Shown: positions 36,612 through 49,879, counted from the first letter of the stretch. The stretch is 64,000 nt of DNA from Ginglymostoma cirratum (GCA_024137785.1 JAHRHZ010000140.1:30733687-30797686); one strand, 5' to 3'. Made by a program: numbers and translations. The notes: generated from the letters alone by a model not told the origin.

Positions 36612-38769
36612 AACTGGAACCAGAGCCCAGCGGGGAAGACAGTAGAGCAACAATGGCAGGAATTTCTGCGTGTAATTGAGGACACAATACAGAGGCTCAT
36701 CCCAAAGCAAAGAAAGATTATCCGGGGGAGGATTAGACAGCCATGGCTGACAAAGGAAGTCAAGAAATGTATCAAAGAAAAAGAGACAGCCTATATAGTG
36801 GCCAAGAGCACTGGGAAATCAGAAGATTGGGAAGGGTACAAGAACAAACAGAGGATAACAAAGAGAGAAATAAGGAAGGAGAGGATCAAATATGAAGGTA
36901 AGCTAGCCAGTAATATTAGAAATGATAGTAAAAGTTTCTTTCAATACATAGGAAACAAATGAGAGGCAAAAGTAGACATTGGGCCTCTCCAAACTGATGC
37001 TGGAAGGCTAGTGATGGGAGATAAGGAAATAGCTGAAGAACTTAATAAGTATTTTGCATCAGTCTTCACAGTGGAAGACATGAGTAATATCCCAACAATT
37101 AAGGAGAGTCAGGGGGCAGAGGTGAGTATGGTAGGCATTACAAAAGAGAAAGTGTTAGAAAAGCTAAAAGGTCTAAAAATTGATAAATCTCCTGGCCCCG
37201 ATGGGCTGCATCCTAGAGTTCTGAGGGAGGTGGCTGAGGAAATAGCAGAGGCATTGGTTGTGATCTTTCAAAAGTCACTGGAGTCAGGGGAAGTCCCAAA
37301 AGTTTGGAAAATCGCTGTTGTAACCCCCTTGTTTAAGAAAGGATCAAGGCAAAAGATGAAAAATTATAGGCTGATTAGCCTAACCTCGGTTGTTGGTAAA
37401 ATTCTAGAATCTATCGTTAAGGATGAGATTTCTGAATTCTTGGAAGTGCAGGGTCGGATTAGAACAAGTCAGCATGGATTTAGTAAGGGGAGGTCGTGTC
37501 TAACAAACCTGTTAGAATTCTTTGAGGGGGTAACAAGTAGGTTAGACCGGGGAAGCCCAGTGGATGTTATCTATCTAGACTTCCAAAAGGCCTTTGATAA
37601 GGTGCCTCACGGGAGGCTGCTGAGTAAGGTGAGGGCCCATGGTGTTCGAGGTGAGTTACTAGCATGGATTGAGGATTGGCTGTCTGACAGAAGACAGAGA
37701 GTTGGGATAAAAGGCTCTTTTTTGGAATGGCAACCGGTGACAAGTGGTGTCCCGCAGGGTTCAGTGTTGGGCAGGCAGCTGTTCACTTTATATATTAATG
37801 ATCTGGATGAAGGGACTGGGGGCATTCTGGCGAAGTTTGCCGATGATACGAAGTTGGGTGGACAGGCAGGTAGTACGGAGGAGGTGGGGAGGCTGCAGCA
37901 TGATTTAGACAGTTTAGGAGAGTGGTCCAGGAAATGGCTGCTGAAATTTAATTTGAGCAAACATGTGGTCTTGCACCTTGGAAAAAAGAATACAGGCATG
38001 GACTATTTTCTGAACGGTGAGAAAATTCATAAAGCCGAAGTACAAAGGGATGTGGGAGTGCTAGTACAGGATTCTCTAAAGGTTAACTTGCAGGTTGAGT
38101 CTGTGATTAAGAAAGCGAATGGAATGTTGTCATTTATCTCAAGAGGGTTGGAATATAAAAGCAGCGATGTGTTTCTGAGACTTTATAAAGCCCTAGTTAG
38201 GCCCCATTTAGAATACTGTGTCCAATTTTGGCCCCCAGACCTCAGGAAGGACATACTGGCACTGGAGCGTGTCCAGCGGAGATTCACACGGATGATCCCT
38301 GGAATGGTAGGCCTAACATACGATGAACGGCTGAGGATCCTGGGATTGTATTCATTAGAATTTAGAAGGTTGATGGGAGATTTAATAGAAACTTATAAGA
38401 TAATGCATGGCTTTGAAAGGGTGGATGCTGGGAAGTTGTTTCCGTTAGGTAGGGATGCTAGGACCCGCGGGCACAGCCTTAGAATTAGAGGGGGTCAATT
38501 TAGAAAGGAAATGAGGAGACATTTCTTCAGCCAGAGAGTGGTGGGCCTGTGGAATTCATTGCCACGGAGCGCAGTGGAGGCCGGGACGTTGAATGTCTTC
38601 AAGGCAGAGATTGATAAATTCTTGATCTCGCAAGGAATCAGGGCTATGGGGAGAGTGCGGGTAAGTGGAGTTGAAATGCCCATCAGCCATGATTAAATGG
38701 CGGAGTGGACTCGATGGGCTGAATGGCCTTACTTCCACTCCTATGTCTTATGGTCTTATGGTCTAACTG
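36612..38769 (+). mobile_element. Young 5'-truncated CR1 LINE
   Basis: ORF2 homology starts near 36612 (NWNQSPAGKTVEQQWQEF...PWLTKEVKKCIKEKETAY), with one TGA at 36960-36962 (probably CGA>TGA). The 3' tail is cctatgtcttatggtcttatggtct. A possible 5-bp TSD aactg lies at 36612 and 38765. Confidence 0.97.
37011..38696 (+). CDS. CR1 ORF2 reverse transcriptase domain (truncated, no endonuclease; C-terminal frameshift likely)
   Basis: KSPGPDGLHPRVL, NYRLISLTSVVGK, QHGFSKGRSCLTNLLEF, YLDFQKAFDKVPH, SGVPQGSVLG, KFADDTKL, LYKALVRPHLEYCVQFW, FFSQRVVGLWNSLP. Confidence 0.9.
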   Translation: MMGDKEIAEELNKYFASVFTVEDMSNIPTIKESQGAEVSMVGITKEKVLEKLKGLKIDKSPGPDGLHPRVLREVAEEIAEALVVIFQKSLESGEVPKVWKIAVVTPLFKKGSRQKMKNYRLISLTSVVGKILESIVKDEISEFLEVQGRIRTSQHGFSKGRSCLTNLLEFFEGVTSRLDRGSPVDVIYLDFQKAFDKVPHGRLLSKVRAHGVRGELLAWIEDWLSDRRQRVGIKGSFLEWQPVTSGVPQGSVLGRQLFTLYINDLDEGTGGILAKFADDTKLGGQAGSTEEVGRLQHDLDSLGEWSRKWLLKFNLSKHVVLHLGKKNTGMDYFLNGEKIHKAEVQRDVGVLVQDSLKVNLQVESVIKKANGMLSFISRGLEYKSSDVFLRLYKALVRPHLEYCVQFWPPDLRKDILALERVQRRFTRMIPGMVGLTYDERLRILGLYSLEFRRLMGDLIETYKIMHGFERVDAGKLFPLGRDARTRGHSLRIRGGQFRKEMRRHFFSQRVVGLWNSLPRSAVEAGTLNVFKAEIDKFLISQGIRAMGRVRVSGVEMPISHD

Positions 38770-38829
38770 CTAGGATCATGACCAGAGCATATGTGGCTCC
38801 AAAGTCTCTCTTTTTTTTAAAAAAAAGTA

Positions 38830-39725
38830 TCCAATCATGGGTTATGGAATTGTTGACAAGGCCAACATTTACAGCATGTCCCCAATTTCCCTTCAGAAGT
38901 TGGTAGTGAGTTACTTTCTTGAACAGCCACGGTCCATGTGGTGTAGGTACACCTACAGTGTATTAGGAAGGGAGTGCCAGGAATTTGAAGGAATGTCACA
39001 ATGAAGGAACAATGACATAATTTGAATTCAGAATGGTGTATGACTTGGAGAGGCACTTGCAGGTAGTGATGTTCCCATACATTTGCTGTCCATGCCCTCC
39101 TATGTGTCTGAGGTCATGTCTTTGGAAGGAGTTGTTGAAAAAGACTTGGCAAGTTGCTAAAATGCATTTCATTGATGGGGTGCTGATTAAAAATGCTGCT
39201 TTGACCAAGATAATAATGAGCTTCTTCAGCCCATTTTTGTGCTAGACCCATCCAGTTAAATGGAGAGTATTCTATCATACTCCTGACATGTAGATGCTGG
39301 TCAGGCCTTAGGAAGTTGCTCACCATGGTATATTTGCCTCTAACCTAATCTTGTAACCACAGTGTTTATATTGTTCACTCCAATTAGATTATATTCACCA
39401 GTAATCACATTCCCCCGCACCCCACACTCTACCCAACCAACAATTTTGATAGAGAGAGTTGGCAATGGTAATATTGTTGAATGTCAAGGGAAGATCATTC
39501 AACTCTCTTGTTGGTGATGGGACTTGTAAGCATAAATTTTACTTGCCAATTACTAACTGAAGTCTGAATCATGTACAGATCATTCTGCCTATAGACAGAG
39601 ATTGCTTCAACATCTGAGGTTGCAAATAAGTGAACATTATGTAATCGTCAGTGAACACTCCCATTTCTGACTTTATGTTTCAGGGGAAGTCATTAATGAA
39701 GCAGCGGAGGATAGTTCGGGTTGGG
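38830..39725 (-). mobile_element. Old CR1/L2-group LINE, 3' half
   Basis: Minus strand TILRCFINDFP*NIKSEMGVFTDD (FINDLP...FADD) and VRSMIEYSPFNWM, plus the common shark LINE 3' end (IPGTPF...YTTWTVAVQE). Confidence 0.8.
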
Positions 39726-40767
39726 AAAATTAAATGATGAGATAGAGAACATGTTTGATCATATAAGAAAGTTACTTAACAACAATATAGAATAAATTGT
39801 TTTTAGAATATGTACTAAATCATGACACCATAAGGCCAAAGACAACCTCATAAAATAATTAACCATTGAAATATTAGTGGTGACACAAAGACCTAGTACA
39901 TATTTGCAAGAATCCAAAGATCCCAAGGGAATGTGTTGGTCAAAACATTTTGGGTCAAAATATTAAGTAGATCCAAGGTAGGCAAACTTGGCAAATTGCC
40001 AAAGAGGAATTCAGATTTACTCAATTTTCTTCCCTAATGAAGTCGTTGACAAAAACACTGATTTCATTTATTGCATCAGCTAATTTTGGAACACATTCAA
40101 CATATTAAAGTTCGAATGCCTCGATACCTTCCAATATCTCAAGCTCATTTTCTTCTCCAAAAGACAGGAAATAGAAATACGTTGAATTCTATCAGAGAGC
40201 TCAAAATTAATTTCTTAAGCAGGCATTATTTCACTAAATGGGGTTGATCGTATCAGTTAACAGCTCTATGTGTGGGAAAAGTTAGTTCTAAATGTGCATG
40301 AGCTTATTCTTCTCATAAAATCAAAGGTTAGTTTTTTGTTGGTGATATTATTGGTCATAACATTTAAAAGGGTTAAAACCTCCAATAAAATAGGGAACAC
40401 AAAGATATTGTATAAATAGTCCACTGCTGTTCCAAACTGAGATTTTTAGCTGAAATGTCTTTTAGTTCTTTCTCCTGCATTCCACTGAAAAGTATTCCCT
40501 CAACTTCAACTAATCAATGGGCAGTTATTTTTGTCAACAAAATGGGGAGGCGGGCCTAAAGGTGGGAAATACTTGTGCATGTTTCTCTCCTGCAGAGTCA
40601 GTGTAAATGTGCACAGGCAGGTATGGAGAACGTTTAACATATGGCTCTGCCCCTTCAAGGAGCAGTCTGCAGACCTGACAGAAGACCAATGGTAATGTGT
40701 CTTTGATGAAGAGGAGATTGGATACTTACAGCCATCTCTTGAGAAAGCCTCCAGTACCTAAAGCAAT

Positions 40768-41660
40768 AATTTGATTTGATTAATTATTGTCACATTACCT
40801 AGGTACAATGAAATGTTTTGTATTGCATGCAGTACGGACAGATCATTCCATACAAAGTACAATAGAACAGAATGAAGAATACGATATTTCAGCTGCAGAG
40901 GAGGTGCATAGACAGTGAGGTCGATATTAAATGTAAAAGTTGAGATGTCCATTCAGAAGTCTAATGATAGCAGGGAAGAGGCTGCTCTTGAATCTATTCA
41001 AATGTGCATACAAACTTTTATATCTTCTGCCTAATGGAAGAGAGTGGAAGCGAATATAACCAGGGTGGGAGGAGCCTTTGATAATGTTGGTTGCTTTCCT
41101 GAGGCAGCAGGATGTATAGATGGAGTCATTGGATGGAAGGCTGATTTGCATGTTGCATGAGGCTGCGGTCATGGCTGTCTGTAATTTCTTGAGGTCTTGG
41201 GAAGACCAGTTGCCAAACCATGCTGTGATATGTTCAGATAGAATGTTTTCTACGGTGCATCTATAAAAATTGGTAAGAGTCCTTGTGGACATGCCAAATT
41301 TCCTTCGCCTCCTGAGGACATAGAGACGTTGATGTGCTTTTGTGACAATTGAATCGACATGGGTAGACAAGGACAGATTGTAGGTGATCATCACTCCCAG
41401 GAACTTGACACTCTTGACCATCTCAACCTCAGCACCGTTGATGCAGACAGGGTTGTGCCCTCCACTCTGCTTCTTAAAGTCAATGACCAGCTTCTTCATT
41501 TTGCAGATGTTGATGGAGAAATTGTTGTCTTTACACCATGCTGCCAAGCACCCAATCTCTTTCCTGTACTCTGTCTTGTCATTTTTTGAGATCTGTCCTA
41601 CAATGGTGGTGTCATCAGCAAACTTGTAAATGGAGTTGGGGCGGAATTCGGCCAAAGTCT
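40768..41660 (-). mobile_element. Rex1/Babar-clade LINE, 5'-truncated; open RT C-terminal frame 40927-41667
   Basis: NSIYKFADDTTIVGQIS, LAAWCKDNNFSIN, LVIDFKK, VKFLGVMI, KAHQRLYVLRR, LTNFYRCTVENILSEHITAWFGN, SHPGY..F..LPLGRRYKS, FPAIIRLLN. The 3' tail is (tcaaa)-like. Confidence 0.9.
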
Positions 41661-42179
41661 TAGACAAACCTTGAGTAAATGTGGCTGTTCACAACACCAC
41701 CAATTCTTTTTGTTTTTCTATGCAGCCACCTGATCATACTTCAAAGCCAGGACCAAAAGAAGAAGAGCTTTTGCTCTTCTTCAGCCCTGCTCAGATCCAT
41801 TTCTACCTGCACATTAAAATACAACACTACAGAGTAATAGTCATAAGCCTCAAAGGTACACTGTCTAGGCTTTCCTCCCCACCCACCACCAGTAGAAAGA
41901 CATTTCTCTTAATTGGTAATTTATGTAGAGTAGACTTAGTCTCCATGGATTGGATGTGGCCAATGGAAAGTCATATCTAGCAGAACAATCAGTATCATGC
42001 AGATACCTGTGGGGACCTTTGTCTCATCATACCAGCCACAGATGCATTCATTCATTGTCTAGGTGAAAGGTGTCGAGATGAATTGATTGACCTCCAAGTG
42101 TTCCATACACTTAAGATGTCAGGGAGGTGGTGTTGCACACCAACAAGGAGAAGGAATGATAATTAGGTGATCAATGCCT

Positions 42180-42390
42180 CAGGACTCTTCAGAGGTGTCC
42201 TGCTGCATCATCAACCCCTCTGCCCAACAACTCAATAAACAGATTGTTTGACCATTATCAAATTATTATCTATGGGATATGCTCTTTGTGCAAATTGGGC
42301 TGCTGTAATTCTTCCACCTTACAAGTCCTTAATTCGTTGAGCAATAACCCCTGATTATGAAAAGTGAAATATTACCTAAATCTTTCCCTT
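42180..42390 (+). mobile_element. Deu-domain SINE fragment
   Basis: acagattgtttgaccattatcaaattattatctatgggatatgctctttgtgcaaattgggctgctg resembles the Deu core. Confidence 0.55.
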
Positions 42391-42879
42391 TTTGCTTAAT
42401 AATTTACAATTCAGAATTCTTCTCAATTCTTGTCTTGAAACCCCATCCACCTTTTGGGCCATTTTAGTGCTTATGCTGCTTGAGATCAGCCGTGAAGCAA
42501 AAACACTTGCTACTGATTTCAACGAAAACTGTCCACAAAACGAATACCAAAGTCACAATGCAAGTCACTCTTTCACCCTGATCGGATGTCGCCAAGTCTG
42601 GCACTAAATAACAACATAAACATCTGGACTCACACTCTTTACTACAGTGAATGGTATCAATCCTTCTAACTGTATTGTCCCTTAGTGCCACTACATTCCA
42701 TTTTTGCTCTTCTTACTTGCATGTCTTTCTGTAGCGTGGCATCACAGTCAGTTCATTTGCTCTACAGCGCCACTCACATACATACAAGCTGAAGGAACCT
42801 CAAACGTGTTGGACAATTGCACTCCTGCCCTTTGATTCCCTTACCTTCATCATTTGCAATCACACTCTGATCTCCCTAA

Positions 42880-43050
42880 ACAATGACAAAATCAGGAGAA
42901 TCTATCCTAAGAGATGGGACTGCCCCCGTTACCCAGGTTACTCTATTCCTCCCTGCGTTGTGCCTGTAATTCTGCTCCAACTCATAAACTCTGAGTCAAA
43001 GCTGCTTGAACTTCAAACATTTCTGCAGACTTGTTTTCCCTGGATCAAAC
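42880..43050 (-). mobile_element. CR1 ORF1 fragment
   Basis: Minus strand IQGKQVCR/KCLKFKQL*LRVYELE resembles the CR1 ORF1 zinc-finger/coiled-coil junction. Confidence 0.55.
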
Positions 43051-43485
43051 TGAAGAGATTGATCAGTTTAGGTCTATACTCGCTGGAGTTTAGAAGGATG
43101 AGAGGACATCCAATTGAGATATATAATTGCTAAAGGGGATTGATAATGTCGATGTAGAAAGGTTGTTTCTAGGAGGAGACATCATATTTTTTGATTGAGG
43201 GATGGCAGATTTAAAGCAGGGATGAGAAGGCATTATTTCTCTCAAAGAGTTGTAAATCTGTGGAATTCATTACCCCAGCGTATGGTGGATGCCAGGACAT
43301 TAAATAAATTTACAGAGGGGATTGGTAGATTTTACTTAATTATGGGTTAAGGGGTTATGGAGGCCGGGCAGGAAAGTGAAGTTGAGGCTAAGATGAGATC
43401 AGCCAAGATCAAATTAAATGGTGGAGCAGGCTTGAGGGGCAAAATTGCCAACTCCTGCTCCCAGTTTTTAAGTTCTTATGTTCTT
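43050..43485 (+). mobile_element. CR1 LINE 3' fragment
   Basis: LGLYSLEFRRMRGHPIEIY, YFSQRVVNLWNSLPQ and tail tcagccaagatcaaattaaatggtggagcaggcttgaggggc...ttcttatgttctt. Confidence 0.9.
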
Positions 43486-44177
43486 TTGTATCCAAGAGCC
43501 CCCGTGCGCAGTGGTCCTGACACATCCTTCACCAATCCTGCTATTCTGAATATGTTCTAAGCAGCTACTTAATTCTTTTATTCAATTATGTATTTGCATT
43601 TTTATCTATTTTATTAACCTTACCGCCTGTTGTTATATTATGATGAACCTTAGGAATAAAAGAAACCTTGGACACTCGGAAGATTCTAAATAATTAGCAT
43701 TTTCTTCTGTAGCACAATCAATTTCTGGAAGTTGAAAAGTTAAAAAAGAAAAATTAATGGAACATGCCTTTTCCTTCTCCCTAACTTCCTTAATCATTCA
43801 CCCTAGCATTCTGTTGTAACTCATACCAAGTTGGCAAGTCTTATGTGCTCTCATAAAAAAAAGGTTAACTGAGCTAGTTACAGAGCAAACAGTTTCAACA
43901 ATTTCTGTAATTAACTCATCTGCTTGGAGACCTTGTTAAAACCCTACTGCAATATTCAGAATCCAAACTGTAAATTTCACTTATTTGATAGCTATACAGA
44001 AAAATTATTTTGTGCAAAATATTAAGATTTTCTTACCCACCAACTGCCAACATTCAGTTCTCAGTGTGATGAAGATTGCAGTACTACTTGTTGAAGATGG
44101 CAACTGTGACATTATTAGAAAACCAACATTCTGTCTAACCCTGCGAAGAGAGCGGAATGGTTCTCTCATAGCATTTG

Positions 44178-44512
44178 GATGACACAGTGGCTCAGTGGGT
44201 AGCACTGCTGCCTCACAGTGCCAGTGACCCAGGTTCAGTTCCCCTCTCAGGCCACAGTCTGCATTGAGTTTGTACATTCTCCCTGTGTCTGGGTGATCTG
44301 GTTTCCTCCCAGAGTCCAAGGATGTACAAGTTAGGTAGATTGGCCATGCTAAATATCCCACAGTGTTCAGGGATGTGTAAGTTAGATACATTAGCCATGG
44401 GAAATGCAGGGTTTCAGGGATAGGGAACGGGGATGGATCTGAGTGGGGTGCTCTTTGGAGGATCAGTGTGGACTTGCTGGGTCAAGTGGCCTGTTTCCAC
44501 ACTGTGGAGATT
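44178..44512 (+). mobile_element. HE1-family V-SINE
   Basis: A-box-like tggctcagtggg, B-box-like ggttcagttcc, V-domain gagtttgtacattctccctgtgtctg and tail tggcctgtttccacactgtggagatt. Confidence 0.92.
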
Positions 44513-45059
44513 GGATGGATTTAGGCCTGGAATTTCTAACAGATTGCATTTATTTCAAGGGAATTTGTCCAAAACTGACCAAGGTAATGCAAAAAATGAA
44601 GAAACTTCAAATTCAAATTATATTAATCTTCGAAATCTATGTCCCCTGATCGAATTAATCACCACTGTTTGAATACGTTGCCACCTCCTAGATCTGGGCC
44701 TATCGTTCTGTGTTTGAACCTTTCCAAATAAGTTCCCTGCCATAAAACATTAACAGCCATTAGTGAGGGCACATATGACATCCCACATGACTATAACAAA
44801 GGTAATGTGTCCCTCTTTATCTTTTTTATCCTGTCTTCAGCTCTTATTATAAATAATTGCACAAACCTTCTCCACCATTGCTCAGCTGGTTGAGGCTGTT
44901 TTAACTTGATTCCATTCTTATTTTAACCAGAGTATCAACTGTAATGGTTTTGCTTACATCTTCTGCACTGTTATCTTTGTAGTTTCTTAAGGATTTGTCC
45001 TTGGCTACTCCTATTTCTAATCTACTTGCTGTGTCATGGTGACATTGTTCAAAGCATAG

Positions 45060-45450
45060 TATAAATTTCTCATGTAGGCTGATGGTACCCAATTTTACTT
45101 ACTCCCAACTCTCCCAAATCCACTTGTGCTGAATTATCAGACTGATTATCTGACATTGAGCACTGGATTGGCAAAAAAAAAAACCCTCTCATTAAACGTT
45201 AGAAAGACTGAAGGTATTGTTTTCAGACTCTGCTCCAAATTCTGTTCCTTATCAATTGACTCTATTCTTTTCTCTGCAAGAGTTTGAGAACTAAACTCAG
45301 GTCTCTTTGCAATCTTGCTTTCATATTTGACCTCAAGATAAATGTCTGACCATACACTTGTGCCATTCTAAGGTTAACTATTTTCACTTCTACAATTTCT
45401 GAATTCACTCTTGTCTCAGCTCATTTGCTTTTGAAACCTTCATTTGTGCA
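45060..45450 (+). mobile_element. L2 LINE RT fragment
   Basis: FLM*ADGTQFY (YADDTQLY), LSD*LSDIEHWI, LNVRKTEGIVF, NLAFIFD. Confidence 0.7.
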
Positions 45451-45489
45451 TGCTCCAGGGTAGGAACTGGTAGACATATTAAATGAATA

Positions 45490-45702
45490 GGGGGTTGATT
45501 AGCTTGGATGGCTGGTTGTGATGCAGAGTAATGCCAATAGCTTGGGTTCAATCCCTGCATTTGGCTGAGGTTGCCATGAAAGGGCTTTCCTTCTCAGCCT
45601 CTTCCTTCACTTGAAGTGTGGTAACCCTTACGTTAAACCACCATCAATCATTGCTCTTCAATGAAAGAGGATCTCTGGGACTATGGTGACTTTAGCTTTT
45701 AC
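45490..45702 (+). mobile_element. Short tRNA-derived shark SINE
   Basis: ttagcttggatggctgg...gggttcaatccctgca (B box), then ggctgaggttgccatgaa...ttaaaccaccatc...gactatggtgacttta. Confidence 0.7.
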
Positions 45703-48700
45703 CTCTAGGGTTACAGGTACAATGCATTCGTGGATAGACTTACACATTCTACCCTCTCTAAACTTGAGCTCATCCAATTTCCTAGTGGCCTTGTCCCAAA
45801 CCTTTCACTGTCACAGGCCCAGAGTGGGAAGAAGTGAGAGGATTAACCAGTCAAAGGCAAAGAGCAAGGGGTAATGGGGGATGGAAGACGCTATAGGGAA
45901 AGTAAGGGAAAGCAGCGAGTAGGAGACTTAGGGAGGGAAATGCCAAATGGGAGGGTCAGAGAAAGTGACAAGCTGGAAACTGAGGCAGGGAAGTGGTGAG
46001 TAAGAGTGTCATAGAAGTATGAGAGGAAGGGTTGGTAGAGGTTGGGGGGCAGGAATTGAGAGACAAGAAACGGTAAGCAGGAAGTGAGTTTGTAAGTTAT
46101 TAAGAGTTAGCAAGGGTTAAGTAAGAGGATTTGTTGAACCAGCTAGTATTAAGATAACCCATAAGTGTTTATTTTAAAATTAAAATTTTATGAATATTAC
46201 CCAGTCTAGTTAAATGTTGACTATGGTAAAATAGTTTTCATTTAGCACACCTTTTAATAACACATTCAGAGTGTTAAGCAGGGACAGTTTAGTAGCTTAT
46301 AGGGACAAGGATGTGATCATACCGTGTGTGACTTTCTATCGAGCAAAACAAGAAACAAGCTTTCCTTTTTGAAAGATACAAAGCATCCAGATTGCAACAA
46401 TTGAACAAAATCATAGCTCGAACTATGGAGTTGAGAAAAGCCCTAAATACAGATTGTTTTTGTGAGGTGTTTTATCACTCTAATGTACCGCCATTACAAT
46501 GTAGACAATTTGAATGGCTATCTATAAATCAAAGGGTAGACTCTTTCAAGGCTTTAAAGTTTGGTCATTTATCTTTACAAGAAGGCCTGGTTCAGATATC
46601 ATAGTTGATCATGTTAGGAACGTTAGAGATAATGAGGAGTGACATGGAAGTGAAAACTACACTGTAGCTGATTTAAAGATGAAGATGAAACAATTACAAG
46701 TACCTTCCAAATAAGAGTGAAAGAAAGAATTAGTGAGACAGCATGATAATAGCTCAAAGGAATCATTGGGATAGGAAATATGGTAACACAGTCATCTCTA
46801 ACAGTGAAAAAATAAATAATCTGAAATGACTGCTTGGTTTCTCACCTTAATGTAATGGTTTCTAAAATGGGCAGTAAGCAAGCATTCATCATGCCCACCT
46901 GATTACATCAGTAGGAGGTCAGATTACCAAGCTTAGAACATTGAACCAATGCCAACAGGCAGATCAACTTTCACAGGAAGGATGAAGGGAGCAAAGGAGA
47001 AGCAATGAAATTTGCTGGTTCCTTTATGTACACAATCCAGAATTCAGTAATTTCAGGACAGGAGCTAATCTGATCGGGTCCATAAATGAAACAACAAAGC
47101 AGAGGAAGATTTCTGTGAGCACAGATTTTTTTTAGGTGGGGGTGTCTTAGAATGGGCTAGATTGGTTCTTTTAAACATGGCTGCTTTGGGCACACTGTGT
47201 TCAGGTTCCATACGCCGAGGAAGAAGAAGACTGCATCAATCTCCTCTAAACAGTGTTGGGTCCTGTAGGATAATGGATAAATCCTACTATGCTAATGTAT
47301 AACACATGTCATCAGTGATTCCTGCTGATGTAAGTGGTACCTCAAACTAGGAGCAAGCCTGCAGATTTGGGAATTCCCCGTTCTATGTCAATAGTGTGAA
47401 TAATTAATAAATTTTGTCGTTCACCAGTAACAGAACAGACTCACCTCTTCCTATGACCTCAGAGTGATCATATTACAGAGTCTGGTTTTAATATTTTAAT
47501 GATTCCAAGGCCCATTCAAAAATCAATTATGGTAGGTCTCTGGTCATTAATGGAACATTGGGAATTTTTAATAGAACTGCTATCTGCTCACCATCCTATT
47601 CACAACAAAAGAAGTGGGTATAGTTGGGGGACAAAGATCAGCCTGTACCAATTTTGAGTCACCTCAGGAGAAAGAAAAAGCGGGACATGCTATTACATGA
47701 TAGAAGGAACAAAAAAAAAGGCATGAAACTGCAAGGTATGCATACACAACTCTTCTACAATGAAGGAATTCTCCGACAGAATGTCATTGTGATGTTCTCT
47801 ACACTGTAGTCCAACCCCCAAAGCAGTTAAGTCTAACTTAAGAAATGTTCAGTATGTGAACTAGAAGTGACACAGTACCTTGCAGCATTTAATGTTTGGG
47901 TGATAAGTACACCAGGACATTTTTACTTCAATCCAAGAACCTTGTGGGATCTGGTCCTTCACATGAAGGGCAGAACTCGGTACATGAGTGGAAAAGGCTT
48001 TCTGGACAGTTGTAACTTGGAAGCAACGCAAGCCATCAAAAATGCCATGCATTCTGGTTTTCCAGTGTCATTAAGTCAATGCACAAATGACTTTAAAACA
48101 ATACAGTGCAACTTTTCTCTCACACTCAAACTTTTCAGGCATTGCCAGACTATAATTTGGAGGAGAAGCTAATAGTTGCTGTATGAACATTCATCTGAAA
48201 ATGTGCAAGTTATGCTGATTATGCATCCATTACAGCAAGGTGGTGAGCAGTAATCTTGGTTTGTGGCAAGTGTAACCAATATAGAGGCACTAAAACATTA
48301 TTTAAAAGTCAGTAAGACTGTTTAAAGGAATACCCTGGGGAAGGTTCACAAAAGTTATATTCATGAGCCTCAACCATCTGCAAGAAACTAAGTTTAAAGA
48401 TATCTGCATTTCATATATTTTCCTTTCTAATGTGTGATGGATGATTGCAGCTGTGAGAGGTGTAAAAGAAATGTCTGCTTGTGGGATACTGTTTTGTTAT
48501 AATATAGTTATTATTTCATAAAATGGTTATTAGAAGATTTAATTTCAGGTCATTGCCTAGCTCAGCATTGAAGATGATTTGAGAACACGCAAATCTCCTA
48601 TCATTTTCAAGTGCCATTATGCAAGATAAAGTGAGCAGCAGTCACAGTCATCCTGATACACCGGCAAACATTAAAATGTAAAATATGGACAGCAGATAAG

Positions 48701-49879
48701 TTTCAACTTAATTTTGTACTGAGTGCCACGAGATACTGGAGTAAATCTCACAACAAGAATTTTGTGTGAATCTTCCCTGGGGTATTTCTTTAAGGGAAGT
48801 AAAAGAGAAAGAAAAATGTATTGATATGATGATAGCAGAATATGTTATGCCAGTGAGGAATGAGTATTTATCTTGCCAGTAAAGGCAGGGTCCTTCGAAG
48901 AGTCATGGGAGGAAAACAACAAAAAAAAATCATCACCATAGAAGAATGAGACAATTGAGGAAATAATAAAATGAAAATAGTTTGAACTATGTGAGTAAAG
49001 AAACAGTGAGCAATATCATATTCTTCTTTGTAATATTTTGACATTTTTGTCTTTGACCATAGTTTGAAGAATCATTTTAGGGTTGAATTGGATAATCCTG
49101 TTCTTGGACGTGGGACTTGTAATGCATAACTTGCCTGTGTAGATGTAAATGGCCACCAGGCAAACCTTGTGTATTTAAATTATTGTGATGCCAGCTGATA
49201 CACTTCCAAGCACTGTTGTATGGTCTTGAATGCCATTGGTGAGCTTTGTCCTCAGTCGGATGCTCCATTGTTTGCAGATCATGAGACCTACTCTCCCTAA
49301 TTGAAACTGTGTAATTAGATTGCCGCAATGTGAATTCTTGCAAGGCTAATCACAAGGACAGAAAAAAGGACCCATAATGATAAATGCCGTGATACAGACA
49401 TTAGCGTTGCAGACAGGTATCTTAATAGATGCTATGGTACCACAGGAATTGGGAGATTCTCAAGGACCATCCTTAGAAGAGGATGGGAGTAGCTGGTTGA
49501 GAATGTTCACTCCCACAGCCTGGATGTGAGTACCTGGGAGCAGTGCCAAGTTCTTTCCATGACCAACCAAACTTTTCCTCTAATTTGAAAGTAGCAGCGA
49601 TTCCCTCTCTCCAGTGCAAACGGTTTCTCCTCATTTAGACAATCATAACATTTAATACTTTTAAAAAATCTCCTGCTCTGTTTTAAGGGGGCCAGTAACT
49701 GTTGAGCAGCAACATTTGTGAATCTCAGTGTTGAAGTTCAAACAGTTGTAGCTTCTTTGAAGTGCAAACAAGAGGAGGAGATGTTAAATAGAACCTTTAT
49801 ACGAAATAAGGGATTGTTCAGCTGACGGGTTCCCTCATGATGTGCTACTGAAGAGCTCTGACTAAAGGCAATTGTTCAA

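Noticed and set aside
37607-37999. 130-aa minus-strand ORF (also 41359-41629 plus-strand ORFs)
   Set aside because: Antisense shadow frames of the CR1 and Rex1 RT sequences.
44178-44260. tRNA gene (also 5570-5651, 17720-17795, 45490-45560)
   Set aside because: These are tRNA-derived SINE heads continuing into SINE bodies, with no full cloverleaf.
45830-46800. Purine-rich tract and possible CR1 5'UTR/ORF1 remnant
   Set aside because: Too decayed to assign with confidence.
47860-48060. Possible fifth Myb/SANT remnant (RTLWDLVLHMKGRTRYMSGKGFLD)
   Set aside because: Similarity is too weak; the APRFS and KxNDL anchors are missing.
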